Below, one piece after another: positions 1-12,612 of a DNA stretch of 64,000 nt (position 1 is the stretch's first letter; the number at the start of each line of letters is the position of its first letter). The DNA lies in assembly GCF_006345805.1 (NCBI RefSeq), contig NC_043013.1, positions 33,356,001-33,420,000 on the forward strand, written 5' to 3'. Source of the stretch: Octopus sinensis. Lineage: Eukaryota. The translations under genes were made by a program, and so were the position numbers. A model generated the notes under the pieces. The model was not told the origin of the DNA and did no database searches. It saw only the letters and a program-made list of their open reading frames with translations.

Positions 1-113
1 AAAAAGAAACATCGGTAGATAGAAAAAACAATTGGTAGAGAGACAGTTAGAGAGGTAAATAGATAGATAGAAAGATGGATGGATGGACAGATAGATAGAT
101 AATTATAAAGGTT

Positions 114-204
<91 letters not shown>
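114..204 (+). repeat. (GATA)n tetranucleotide microsatellite
   Basis: Uninterrupted gata run of about 22 units, with degenerate GATA/GATG units upstream. Confidence 0.97.
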
Positions 205-206
<2 letters not shown>

Positions 207-1310
207 CTGGAATGCTGGGTAACTAGCTAGAAAGATAAATTGATACACAGATAGACAGATAGTTAAGCATGAACTTATCTATTCTCTCCTCCTATATGAA
301 GACTTGTTTTGTAATTTTAGAGACTGTGACGTGTAAATATGTTAATTATAAAATGAGCAGTACATCAAATTGCGTACACCAACTCCATTATAGTCACAGG
401 CAAGCATACATACATATGCACACACACCTACGCCCGCACGCACACTCACTGAAGCACACAGCTACGTACTAAATCACAGTACACACAGAAATTTAGATAT
501 AGTCATACATCTCAATACGGAGGCAAACTCGCACAGACCTACACAAATCTCATACACAAACACACTCACGTACGTACACGTGAACGCACACATGCGCGTA
601 GGCGCGCACACTATTACATGTTATGTAAAAACGTCAGGATACATGAAGACAGAAGCAATTGAGTCACAGAGAAAAAAAAAGCAAACTTAAAAAAAAAACT
701 AGTATAAGTAGAAGAACCCTCATGCGCACAAAAGTAGGTATATAAGATGAGAAGTATGTTTATATCTATATGCGTGTGTATACATGTGTGTGTGTGTGTG
801 TTGTGCATCTACTGGGTATTAAGTGCCTTTATATACTGGGTAAGGAATATAAGAGAAATTCCACTTACAATTAGAACTACATACTGCATACACAGTGATA
901 TATGTACATTATTACATACAGATATATACATAAATATATATACGTATATACATATATATAAACATATATATATATACATATACATATATAATATATATAT
1001 ATCTTTATATATATATATATATATATAATATATATATCTTTGTGGTACAGGCTTTAGAGTGCGAATGTGCGTATTTTTAGTCTTCGTATGTTCGTCTCTT
1101 TCTTTTGATTTGAAATAATTTCGTTTTTTTTTCCACCAACCTTTTTTTTTTAAAGCCTTCACTAACGATCCATTCTCTTTGATGGAGGAAGTAAATAAGA
1201 ACTAACAGAACAACCAATTAGGTGCACCTCTTGCACCTCAGTATCATAAGTTAATGAAAGGTGAAACGATAGATATCATTCATGGCCGCCATTATACACA
1301 TACATATATG

Positions 1311-1315
<5 letters not shown>

Positions 1316-1399
<84 letters not shown>

Positions 1400-1426
1400 A
1401 TATATAATATATATGTATATATATGA

Positions 1427-1480
<54 letters not shown>
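1316..1480. repeat. (TA)n microsatellite, representative of many TA/CA tracts in the window
   Basis: Long, lightly interrupted tatata run; it produces the spurious YIYIYI ORFs. Confidence 0.97.
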
Positions 1481-1484
<4 letters not shown>

Positions 1485-1701
1485 CTGTGTGTAAATATAA
1501 ATATATACGTATATATACGGTGATAGGAAAAAATATGATGAAGAAGAATGTGTATCGATAACAACCAAAGAAAATTCTAAAACATTACCGAAAAAAAATA
1601 GAACTAATATATATATCAAGGAACCATATTTTGAATTATAGATATAGTCAATGAGTATGAGAGAGACAGATAACAAGCAAAAGGAAGGGAGAAAGAGTTT
1701 A

Positions 1702-1704
<3 letters not shown>

Positions 1705-1748
<44 letters not shown>
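1705..1748 (+). repeat. (GA)n microsatellite
   Basis: Pure gagaga run. Confidence 0.97.
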
Positions 1749-1752
<4 letters not shown>

Positions 1753-1953
1753 TAATATCAGGGAGTCTGAAAGACGAGCAAGGGATGGTAGGTGAGATGA
1801 ATAGGAGAAAAACATCTACAAAATGTAAATATGCAGAAATGAGAACATCATTAATAGTAGCATTTTCATCGCTTAAGAAACCGCTCTCTACCTACACCTC
1901 TCAGACAGATATATATACATACACAATACACACACACGTATAGACATACATAC

Positions 1954-1984
<31 letters not shown>

Positions 1985-2020
1985 ATATATATAATATACA
2001 TATATACATATATTATATAC

Positions 2021-2055
<35 letters not shown>

Positions 2056-3409
2056 CATATATACATACATATCTATATATATATATGTATATATACACAC
2101 AGAACAGCGTGTATGTCTGAGGGTATTCCGTTCTCTCTTTCTGAGTGCGTGTGATTGAATGTATTTCCCATTCACTCATTCACTTCACTTCTTAATACAC
2201 TTCTTCAGTGAGCAAGTCTTTGTATGTGTTTATTTATTTGTTTGACATCATGAGTCAATCAATCGCTATGTGTTTTACTTTCTGTAAAATAAGATAAACA
2301 CATTCAACTTCTTGAACTTTTGTAAATCTTTGTCTCCACGGGTCGTAAGAATTTTATTATTTTTGTTTCTGGTGTTGTGAGCTATATATACCTTTCATGT
2401 TTTAGTAGAACAGTTTGTAACCATTCTTCCTGCGTGCTTATACACATAGCTATATGCACATATAAATAGAAAAAAATAGGAACATACAAGTACTTGCATA
2501 CATAAATCTGGATAAACTGGGATTCTCAGCAAGTGAACTCGACTGGCTAATTCGTGCATTACAAGGGCGATCTGTGAGTGGAACAGTATAGACATGCAAG
2601 ACTTTTCTCAAGTTCTAAATGTGAATTTGTCTGTGTTAACTGCATCTCAAAGATGGGGTCTTGCATCTTTGTTGGAAACCGGATCCCTCCTCAATGGAAG
2701 ATTTTTGATAATTAAAAAATTTGAAAAGACGTACATGCATACATACATATATAGATACATATATGCATAGATTCATAGATGCATAGATACATACATACAT
2801 ACATTTATATATAACCAAGAAAAAAGCAACAAGAATGGATTAGTAGTCTAGTACAATTGTTTCATCCTAAGAACAATTTTATTTAAAGCTGCAAATATTA
2901 CAGCAAATACAAATGTCCAGTATTCATCAGCTAAATCCCATATATGTTTTCCAGACATCCTAGAGAGTGTGACTATCCTCATGAAGTATTAGGAGTGAGT
3001 TCTATGAAATTTAAAGTCAAATTATAAGCAGACTTAAAATGCTTTGTAATGATGCACAGTTTTTATAAAAAGTTTTTAAAAAGAGTGTTAACTTCCCAGA
3101 GAAGGTGAATCCATCCATAAAAATGCAGATATAATTTCTGGAGACATGAGGAAAGCTGCTGGTCACACACCGGTTCATCTCACAACTAAGCTGTTGCAAA
3201 CAGAATTTGGTTGTAGTAGCAAGAAAGTCAGCGAAGCGGATTCAGCCCAAATAAAGGACATATGTTTTTAATAGTAAATTTCTTACATGTTTTTGCTAAT
3301 GTACAACTTTGTAAATTCCGTTTGTACAAAACATATGTAACGGTGAATAAAAAATACCAAAAGATTTGCTGATATACTGTTTGGATTTAAATATATATTC
3401 ATTTATTTT

Positions 3410-3640
3410 TGTCTTGTTTCAGTTATTTTCATTGTAGCCATGCTGGAACACTACTTAGAGGTTTTGTTTCAATCGAAGAAATCGACCCCAGGACTTATTC
3501 TTTGTCAGCCTAGTACTTATTCTATGGGTCTCTTTTACCGAACCGCTAAGTTAAGGGGGCATAAATACGCTAACTATGGTTGTCAAGCGATGGTGGGGAC
3601 AAACACAGACACAAAGACATATACACACCTAAACACACAC

Positions 3641-3691
<51 letters not shown>

Positions 3692-3830
3692 GCAGGCTTC
3701 TTTCAATTTCCGTCTACCAAATCCATTCACAATGGTTTAGTCGGCCCATGGCTGTAGCAGAAGAAACTTGCCCAGGTACCATGCAGTGGGACTAAACCCA
3801 GAACCATGTTGTTGAACCCGGGACCATGAG
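3410..3830 (-). mobile_element. tRNA-derived SINE family B (CORE-type, resembling octopus OR-type SINEs) with internal (TA)n
   Basis: Colinear with copies at 48045, 57825 and 60650. Minus strand reads a tRNA-like head with B-box, then ggcaagtttcttctgctacagccatgggccgac (CORE-like), an internal microsatellite and a tail. Family name is from memory. Confidence 0.85.
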
Positions 3831-4220
3831 GTGATTCCAGCTTGAACACATTCAATCATAGTTCTGCTTCTTTGAAGCTTCTCTGTGTTGCTCAGTAACA
3901 ACCTACCGTATGCACACGTGTGGCTGTATCCATACGAACACGCTTCACTCTCACCAGAACAGCTTATTTTCCGACACGAACACAGACAGTCGAACTCTCT
4001 TTCCTCTACTCATCCACTCATGCATACATACATACTTTTTATCGTTGTGTTTCGCTCCGGGTGTGACCGGCATTTACTCACAAAGCACAAACATTACACT
4101 CTCCTGTACCAGATAACTTACACTTTTAACCTAACCGATTATCTTTCGCCATGCACGTATTATAACTTGAAAACGCAATTCATTCCGAGCTCATTTTTTC
4201 CTTTACTCACCGGTATTTTC

Positions 4221-4250
4221 CTGATAAAGTTAAACAATACGAAACGTCTT
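4221..4250 (+). ncRNA. Hammerhead-ribozyme-like motif (Penelope-type), probably defective
   Basis: CTGATAA-AGT(taaacaat)AC-GAAAC-GTC: catalytic core with one change (G8>A). Stem II is only 2 bp and stem I does not form. Confidence 0.3.
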
Positions 4251-4329
4251 AACTCATCATTTTGTTTTCATGAGTGTTACTGATTTTTCATGCATTATAT
4301 TCCTTCTGAATTACTCCACGATAGTCAGC

Positions 4330-5110
4330 AGGATCCCTCATTTCTTTAATACTACGTTTCTAAAAAAACTCAATTGGCTTTGTTTGGGTGCCGCTGAAAA
4401 CTACATTATAGAAAATATTGATACATATACTGGCAATAAAATAGTATGTATGATGAAAATATCAGGTACACAATAGTGAAACGGTTATAACTAAACCGTC
4501 TAGATATGACAACCTATGCAGGCTCTGTAGAATTGATAGGCCACACGTCATCCACATTATAAACAGTTTTCCAAAAAATTCAAGATTGTCATCAGAGTGG
4601 TATCTACCTATGCGATATGATTCAGTGGCTAGAATTTTTTATTATAAAGTCCATAAGAATGGTAATAGAGAGGATATAAACATAAGAAACTCATATAGTG
4701 TTGAGAGTAAAAATACACATAATATGACTGAATGCTGGTGATATATTCTTGTCAACACTTTCAAAAAAATGCTAGCGTAAATCAGTAAATATAATGCTAC
4801 GGGGCAGAGAATAGAAATTATTCACAACAGCTGAAATCAGTTACCCAGAAAATGTTAACATTATGATAAATATTATTGCAAGGGAAAACATCTATACTGA
4901 CCTAATGAGAAAATTGCTTTCTCTTCATTGAGGCCATAGATTTGAATATCTACAAATAGTTATTAGATTACTTAGATATAGAGTTTGCTGTTTCAGTAAC
5001 ATTCTTTACAAAGTGGGTTTGACAAAGCGAGAAAGAACATGTCTAAGCAACTGATAAGAGCTACAGGCCATCGAAGACAAAGTCGAAATATGTAAAACTT
5101 TCAAAATGTT
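4330..5110 (+). pseudogene. Decayed C-terminal part (Zn knuckle + RLE) of an R4-like non-LTR retrotransposon
   Basis: Manual translation across stops and frameshifts gives NLCRLCRID..HIINS..YLPMRYDSVARIFY, AEISYPENVN..RENIYTDLMR and KVEICKTF, matching the CxxC..H..RHD and D/E-x-S-x-P..K..Y motifs of the 37.5 kb element. Confidence 0.7.
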
Positions 5111-6400
5111 TAGCAAGCGCTTTAAGCCACCTATGCAAACATAATTATACACGCAACCGTCTGAGCATGCTCACATACATCTGTGTATACTACCTATGTG
5201 TGTGTGTGTGTGTATTTATACACATGCGTATATATATATACACATTCATTTATATATACTTATATATACATACATATATATATAAGCACATACTCACACG
5301 CAAACACACACACATAGATAGATATGTGTGTATATATATATATACATTTACAAGCAGACAGGCGTACACTCTTGTCTATATGTCTATCAATCAATCTATT
5401 TCTTTCTCTCTCTCTCTCTCTCTCCACTCACACAAACACATACACACATATGCACAAATACAAATAATTATTATACACTTATATTTGTATGTGCGTGAAT
5501 GTGCGTATATAGTATATATATATAAATATATATGCATGTGTGTAAGAGCATTATGCATTTCATACGCATACATTTGTATTTAATACTTACATAACAAAAC
5601 AAAGGTATATATAAGTGTACAAACAAGCAGAAGTGAACAGTTTAAGCGTTTTAAGCCTCTAGAATTTCGTTTGCAATTCCAGCGATTAGAACTGCATTTT
5701 ACACCATTGAACGCAAAAATAATGGTATGCACAGATGCAAATTATTTTAATAGTATACACACATTTGTAGATTTTTACACAAAACTCAAAGACAAGCAGC
5801 TGAAGAAGTTTAAAAATGTCGGCTAAGAAAACTAGAATTAAAAGAAAAAGAAACACAAACAGTAAAATGAAAAGAGTAAAAGTTTAAAAAGAATTTAAAA
5901 ATAAAAGAGGCTGCAATGAAATGCGGACAAACAACGGGAGAAATATAAAAGAAATAGTAGAAATGGAATTCAGATTAAAAATGTAATTATTCTTAATTTA
6001 ACATACACATGGCAGAGCGCTCTTTTGAAGAATTTCTATGACTTATGAAAACAACGAGTTATCTTCTTTAAATTATAGATTTTCATCATTTAGTAAAATG
6101 GAAATTATTTCAAAGCAACAAAATTAAATAAAATACGATATAAAGATTTAAGAAAGAAATTATTCTGAGAGAAAAAAAGTATAAAATAATAGAAATGTAT
6201 TTAAAGAAAATAGATGAGAGGGGAAGAAGCCTCATACACATATGCATATGTATATTTATGTATGTACGTATGTATATACATATGTATGTACATGTGTATG
6301 CGTGTGTGTGAAATTAAAATACATGAGCATATATATATATGTATATAGCCATACACTTATTCATATACACATATGCGCCCTCACACACACACGCACACGC

Positions 6401-6431
<31 letters not shown>

Positions 6432-6554
6432 ATATATACATTATACATATGCACAATAAACAAAATAGGAATGTGAGTGGGAATTAACAAATGAAGAAAA
6501 TACAAGAAATAAATACAAGTAATCGAAAGACAACAAAACTTACAAAAAAATTTA

Positions 6555-6792
6555 CGTTGGAGAGCGATAATAATAATGATGATGATGATGATGATGATGT
6601 TGGTGATGGTAGTGGTGGTGGTGGTGGTGGTGATGATGATAATGAAACGAATAAATAAGTACTGAAGAAATTAAACTGGGGAATAAGCGCATAAATGAAA
6701 GGAAAGGAGTATAATCAAAAACAATATCTTTTTTTTATTCTATGAAACTGATTTACAAGCTATGATGGCTGACTTGTTCTTGTTTTTATTCG

Positions 6793-6846
<54 letters not shown>

Positions 6847-7051
6847 TAATAATAATAAATTATGATAATAGTAACGATTATTATTATTATTATTATTATT
6901 ATTATCACCATCATTATTATTATCATTGTTATTATTATTATGTTTATTGCTTTGACTTTAAGCGGATTATTATTATTAATACCATTATAACGATTGCTAA
7001 TTTAGTTTTATTATTACTGTTACTGTAATTGTAATTGCTGTTATTTCCTGG

Positions 7052-7094
<43 letters not shown>

Positions 7095-7452
7095 CACTAT
7101 CATGATCATGATCATGATGGTGATGGTGATGGTGATGATGATGACGATGATGACGTTCGTCATCATTCTTGTTATTTTTCTGCCTCGTGTTCATCTTGTT
7201 CCTCATCTTTTTCCTATTATCCTCCACCTCTTCCTTATTTCTTCTTCTTCGTCTTCTTCTTCTTCTTCTTCTTCTTCTTCTTCTTCTTCTCTTCTTCTTC
7301 TTCTTTTTCTTCTTCTTCTTCTTCTTCTTCTTTTTTTTCTTCTTCTTCTTCTTCTTTTTCTTCTTCTTCGTCTTCTTCTGCTTCTTCTTCTTTGTAGTAG
7401 TAGTAGTAGTAGCGGTAGTAGTAGCTGTAGTAGTAGTAGTAGTAGTAGTAGT
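6555..7452. repeat. Compound triplet microsatellite array (TGA, TGG, TAA, TTA, GAT, TTC, GTA blocks)
   Basis: Successive blocks of different triplets read directly from the sequence. Confidence 0.95.
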
Positions 7453-8607
7453 ATCATTTATTCCTTATTCCAACTTTTATTTCGCCGTAATCAGAAACTT
7501 TATTTATATATTATATTTCTGTTTAATTCTTTTTATATATATTTCTGTGCCTCCTTGATGATTCTGTTTTTCTTCTGTTACCTTTTACCATTCTTCTTTC
7601 AGATTTTCTTTGTATTTTTCTCACCCTCTCTACCTCACCCATGACTCTATATACCACAAATTCTAAATCTCTCTCCATTTTCTCTCCCTTTCTCTTGTTC
7701 TATTTCAGTTTCTGTTTTGGACTTTTCATTTGAATATTCCATGATTGATTCTTGTTTAAAGAACAATAAACCTTTCGGAATAGATTTCTCCCACTCATTT
7801 TTGCAAATTAGATCGGCTACTTAAAAGTGAATGTAAAATTAATCAAGGCGATGTCTGTTTCAGTTTGAGAAAAGGAAATTTGTTCAAAAGTTAGTGAAAC
7901 AATGCAGAAAAATATAGAAAGAAATAGTAAAAGAAACAAACCAACAATTTTAAAGACTTTTGCCTTTGAAGATGCAAAATAAATAAATAAATGAATAAAT
8001 AAATAAATACCCCAGAATAATTTTTATTAGTTGTTGTTGGAGTTATTATTGTATTTGCTGTCGTAATTATTGCTGTGTTTGCTGATAATGATGTCATCTT
8101 TGTTGATGTTGATTTCGTTCTTTTTCTTACTTGGTTATAGATATTTCTTGTGATTCAGTGGCAGGTATTTTTCAAAGTAAGAATTTTGGTAGATTAAAAT
8201 TCTTAGAGTGTAATGAAGAAATGTGGTGAAAGATATTGAAAGGCAAGATTAAAAACGAAAGTATACAACAACAACGAAAACAAAAAAAAAGATACAAAAT
8301 ACGGGAAAATAAATCTAAAATAAAAAAATATAAGGACAACTCCACCGCCACCACCACCACCACCACCACCACCACCACCACCACACCACCAAAAAACACT
8401 CCAGCAAAATGTTTGACTGCAAATGAATCACATATCGAATGTGCCATAAATTTAATGAGCCACGTAGACGAATAAGCCGACGTACAAGTACATATACATA
8501 CGTGTATTTATTTGCATACATATGTGTGTGTGTGTTTGTGTATGTATGTGTATATGTGAACGCGTGTGCGTATATATATGTATATGCGTGTGTATGTATT
8601 TATATAT

Positions 8608-8661
<54 letters not shown>

Positions 8662-8859
8662 GTGAATAAAAATGTGCATATATATATATACAAACATATA
8701 CATATATAACATATCTGTGGAAGTTTTTAATATATTTGTAGACGTACACCATGAAGTGTTCCTTATAATGCCTATTAAAAGGAAATCAGTCCCATGGTGT
8801 AACCCAGCATTCTATCAGACAAGAAAAGTGAAGTGCTTGAATCAGCAAAACACATTTAG

Positions 8860-8893
<34 letters not shown>

Positions 8894-8924
8894 TTGTAAA
8901 AAAGAAGTTTGAAAACGCCACTAT

Positions 8925-8965
8925 ATTAGATGTTTCGGTTCTTGCAATAACGAACCTTATTAAAA
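8925..8965 (-). ncRNA. Degenerate hammerhead relic (Penelope-type terminal repeat)
   Basis: Minus strand TTAATAA-GGTTC(gttattgcaa)GAACC-GAAAC-ATCTA: perfect 5-bp stem II and GAAA, but the CUGAUGA core has three transitions. Confidence 0.35.
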
Positions 8966-9359
8966 TAATTTATAATAAACAGTGTAATGGAACAGTTCAT
9001 AATTGTTACATGCATTCAATAGAATCCATGTTCTTAAAAAGGTGAACCTTATCAAATATATTATAAAGAGTATATAGATATAAACTTCTCAGGTTTATTC
9101 TGTGATATTTGTCTGAGTAAGGAGTTTAGTTTTTAAAGGTGATATGATCTAATTGCTGCTTGAAATTATTTACGACGCACGTTTCATTACATTTAAGGGT
9201 GATGAGTCCGACAACAAACCAGATACATCTGACCTATCTTCATCTTCTACCTTTATTCAGCAATCTTTCTTAAAATCATTATAAGATGAATCTCTTGAGA
9301 GATAGTAAAAATATACCGATTACAAATAGATATTGAGATAACGGCTATAAAACCGTTAA

Positions 9360-9443
9360 CCCGAAACGCCACGCAGTGTGATTGAACCCACTAACATGTA
9401 GTTGGGAAGCAAGCTTCTTACCATACTTTCGCGCCTGTGCCTG
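9360..9443 (-). mobile_element. SINE family B, head fragment
   Basis: gccacgcagtgtgattgaaccc...gggaagcaagcttcttacca...gcgcct matches the head of full copies. Confidence 0.75.
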
Positions 9444-9616
9444 TGTTCGAAATATTTCTCTGCTGGACCAGTCTTATATACAATGACTTTGATTATAAAT
9501 GAGATTTGCTCTTCATAGTGTATCTTGAATAACATTTTCCAAAATCTTGCTCTTGAAGAACGCTGTGAGTAATCTCAATATTTGGCTGTTATTTCTAGAC
9601 GGTTGAGCGATAATGT

Positions 9617-10098
9617 TCTTTTCTACTCTAGGCACAAGGCCCGAAATATTTGGGGGTCTAGGCAGTCAATTAAATTACCCCAGTACGCATCTGGTACTTA
9701 ATTTATCGAACTCGAAAGGATGAAAGCAAAGTCGACTTCAGCGGAATAGGAATTCCTCGGCGGAATTTGAACTCAGAAGATAAAGACAGACGAAATACCT
9801 ATTTCTTTATTACCCACAAGGGGCTAAACATAGCGGGGACAAACATGGACAGACATAGGTATTAAGTCGATTATATCGACCCCAGTGCTTAACTGGTACT
9901 TAATTTATCGACCTCGAAAGGATGAAAGGCAAAGTCGACCTCGGCGGAATTTGAACTCACAACGTAACGGCAGCCGAAATACCGCTAAGCATTTCGCCCG
10001 ACGTGCTAACGATTCTGCCAGCTCACCGCCTTTAATACAGACGAAATACCGCTAAGCGTTTCATCCGGCGTGCTAACGTTTCTGCCAGCTGGCCGCCT
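9617..10098 (-). mobile_element. tRNA-derived SINE family A, dimer plus a duplicated head
   Basis: Head GGCGGYGAGCTGGCAGAA.CGTTAGCACG (A-box-like), GAGTTCAAATTCC (B-box) and body GAGGTCGACTTTGCCTTTCATCCTTTCG.GGTCGATAAATTAAGTACCAG, repeated at many loci in the window. Confidence 0.92.
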
Positions 10099-10199
10099 TA
10101 GTTTAGCGATAATATTGAAACTCTAAACCTAGTAGTTTTGCAGAGTCGTTAAAGTTGGAGTCAATGGTTCCGGGTTTTGCAGCAAAAACCATTCTGGGG

Positions 10200-10278
10200 C
10201 CCATGATGATGATCGCTGATGGTAGTAGTAGTAGTAGTACTACTACTACTACAACACAACAACAACAACAACAACTAC

Positions 10279-10341
<63 letters not shown>

Positions 10342-10385
10342 AGTTGCTACTTATGATAATGGTAATGATGACGATGACAAAGATA

Positions 10386-10426
<41 letters not shown>

Positions 10427-10760
10427 GATAATGATGGTGTTGATGATCATGATGTGATCGTTGGCAATATGTTTGTTCAAAGAAGTGATAAGTGTGCCTA
10501 ATTTGGTGATGGCGATGTTATTGGTGATGTTTGTTGTGTTCGTGATGATGATGATCATGATGATCATGATGACGATGATGATGATGATGATGTTGATGAT
10601 GAAGGTCGTAACAACCATGGTGTTTGTGAATAATAATTGCGTTGAAGATGATGATGATGATCATCATCATGACCATGATCATGATGACGACGACGATGGC
10701 GGCGATGAGGCTGATGACAACTGCGACGGCAACGGTAATATCGATGATGATGGTGATGTC
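10200..10760. repeat. Compound triplet microsatellite array
   Basis: GTA, CTA, CAA, TGA and GAC blocks. Confidence 0.95.
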
Positions 10761-11168
10761 CCCGTTGGCAAATTGAAAACAAAAAAAAAACAAAAGAACA
10801 AAAACAAAGAAACAAAACCAGAAACCAAATGATCTCGTCTTAACGATTAGCTAAAGTTTTATTATGGAACAAATACAGCACGATATGATGTGTGACATTT
10901 TACGATTTATATGATAAAGTCGATTATTATATCCGGTATAACATGTCCGGTTTATGATGCGATATTTGATATTTTCTCAGATTTGATATCAAATATATAT
11001 ATGATATATGATGAAAAACAATTTGTTGTTCAAATTTATATTATAATATCTTTATAATATCTTTATTATAATATCTTTATAATATCTTTATTCGTTTTCT
11101 GCGTTTTTCATGTTCAATTTGATGTTTCATTATTTTTCACTTTATTCCCTATATATACATATATATAA

Positions 11169-11203
<35 letters not shown>

Positions 11204-11352
11204 TATATCCGTGAATTTTGTTTTGTTTCCTCGTAGTATACTTTAAAGGAGTACTTTCCTTGTTCATATTTCTGTTACTGGCGTTGGTGGGGCTATTTGA
11301 AAATGAAGGACTATTATTATTGTAATCATTATTATTATTATTATTATTATTA

Positions 11353-11401
<49 letters not shown>

Positions 11402-11973
11402 TTTATTATCATTATTGTTATCTATCTATTTGTGCGGTTTTGGATTTTATTGTGCTTTGTAAAATTCAATACAGTTATTTTATTACATTTAACATTGATA
11501 ATATTATTGCGTTTGGAATGTTGCCAAGCGCTCACTGCACTCTACTTGAGCTGGCTGTACTGTACAGTCAAAATAACACCAAAATTCGTATTCAATATGG
11601 GGCTAGAAGGAATGAAGAAAGACATCAAGAGAACGATTCTGCTCATCAGCGGCGTTAGTCCGAGTAAGCATATCCTGGGGTATTTTCACGGTTGGATGAC
11701 GTATGGACGACGTCGAAAAATCATTTTTGTGATAGCGTTAGAGAAGTTGATGTTGTCTCAATAACAAGAAGACCCATTGCCACGCCCGAGTAGGAACCGC
11801 ACGCATTCTTTCCAGATAGTCACGGTTATTGCTATAACTAGTCCTCTCACTCTAGAAACAAATGTCCCTCTTTTTACCTGTTTTTCGACGCCACCCTGCG
11901 TACTGCTGTTTTGATATACTATATGAGGTTTCGTATTTCTGTTTTGATTCTTACTGTATCTCTTATTTTTAAA

Positions 11974-12187
11974 ACGGTGAGCTGGCAGAATCGTTAACAC
12001 ACTGGACGAAATGCTTAGACGTATTTCGCTCGTCGCTACTTTCTGAGGTCAAATTCCGCCGAGGTCGATTTTACTTTTCATCCATTGGGGGTTGATAAAT
12101 TAAGTACCAGTGAAACACTAGTGTCGATTTAATCTACGTGTCCCCTCCCCACAAATCTAAGGCCCTCTACTTCAAGTAGAAAGGATT
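11974..12187 (+). mobile_element. SINE family A
   Basis: Head, body and tail (ccctccccacaaat..ggcc..agtagaaaggatt) are colinear with the other copies. Confidence 0.88.
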
Positions 12188-12510
12188 AAGTGTGTTATTT
12201 CTATCGGTAATCAAAAATTTGCAGAAATTGGAAACAGAATGAGAAATAGTTAAAATCATTAACGAAGTTCATAATTGCCCATCTGCTGTAGATTTTAGAA
12301 ACATTTCATAGTGTTGGCGTTTGGTAGTAATTGATGGTGATTATGGGATGTAGATGATGTTACTCAAAGAAAGGTTTTTTATGTTTGCATTTGTGTGTGT
12401 GTGTCTGTGTATTGATAATATTAAAAATCAGTGAATGGAATTTATAAATATTTTAACGTAATAAATGTGTTTCCAAAAATGACGTCTTTCCTCCAATACA
12501 ATGATAATCC

Positions 12511-12612
12511 GTATTCCTGGGATGATTACAATACGATTCATAGTATCCATGGTCATCAAGTGTATCGTAGTTCGTAGGTTCATTTCATCAGGCGATATAG
12601 CATTAAGGTTGA
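12511..12612 (+). repeat. Unclassified dispersed repeat (second copy at 49736-49834)
   Basis: Shares gtattcctgggatgattaca..agtatcc.tggtcatc..ttcattt...aggcgatata.catta with 49736-49834. Confidence 0.7.

Noticed and set aside
7700-7830. Polypyrimidine acceptor followed by a 38-codon open frame
   Set aside because: It ends in a stop before any donor, and the pyrimidine tract is explained by the adjacent low-complexity sequence.
11559-11660. Possible exon VKITPKFVFNMGLEGMKKDIKRTILLISGVSP ending at a GTAAGC donor
   Set aside because: The acceptor lacks a pyrimidine tract, part of the sequence resembles decayed SINE A, and no homology is recognised.
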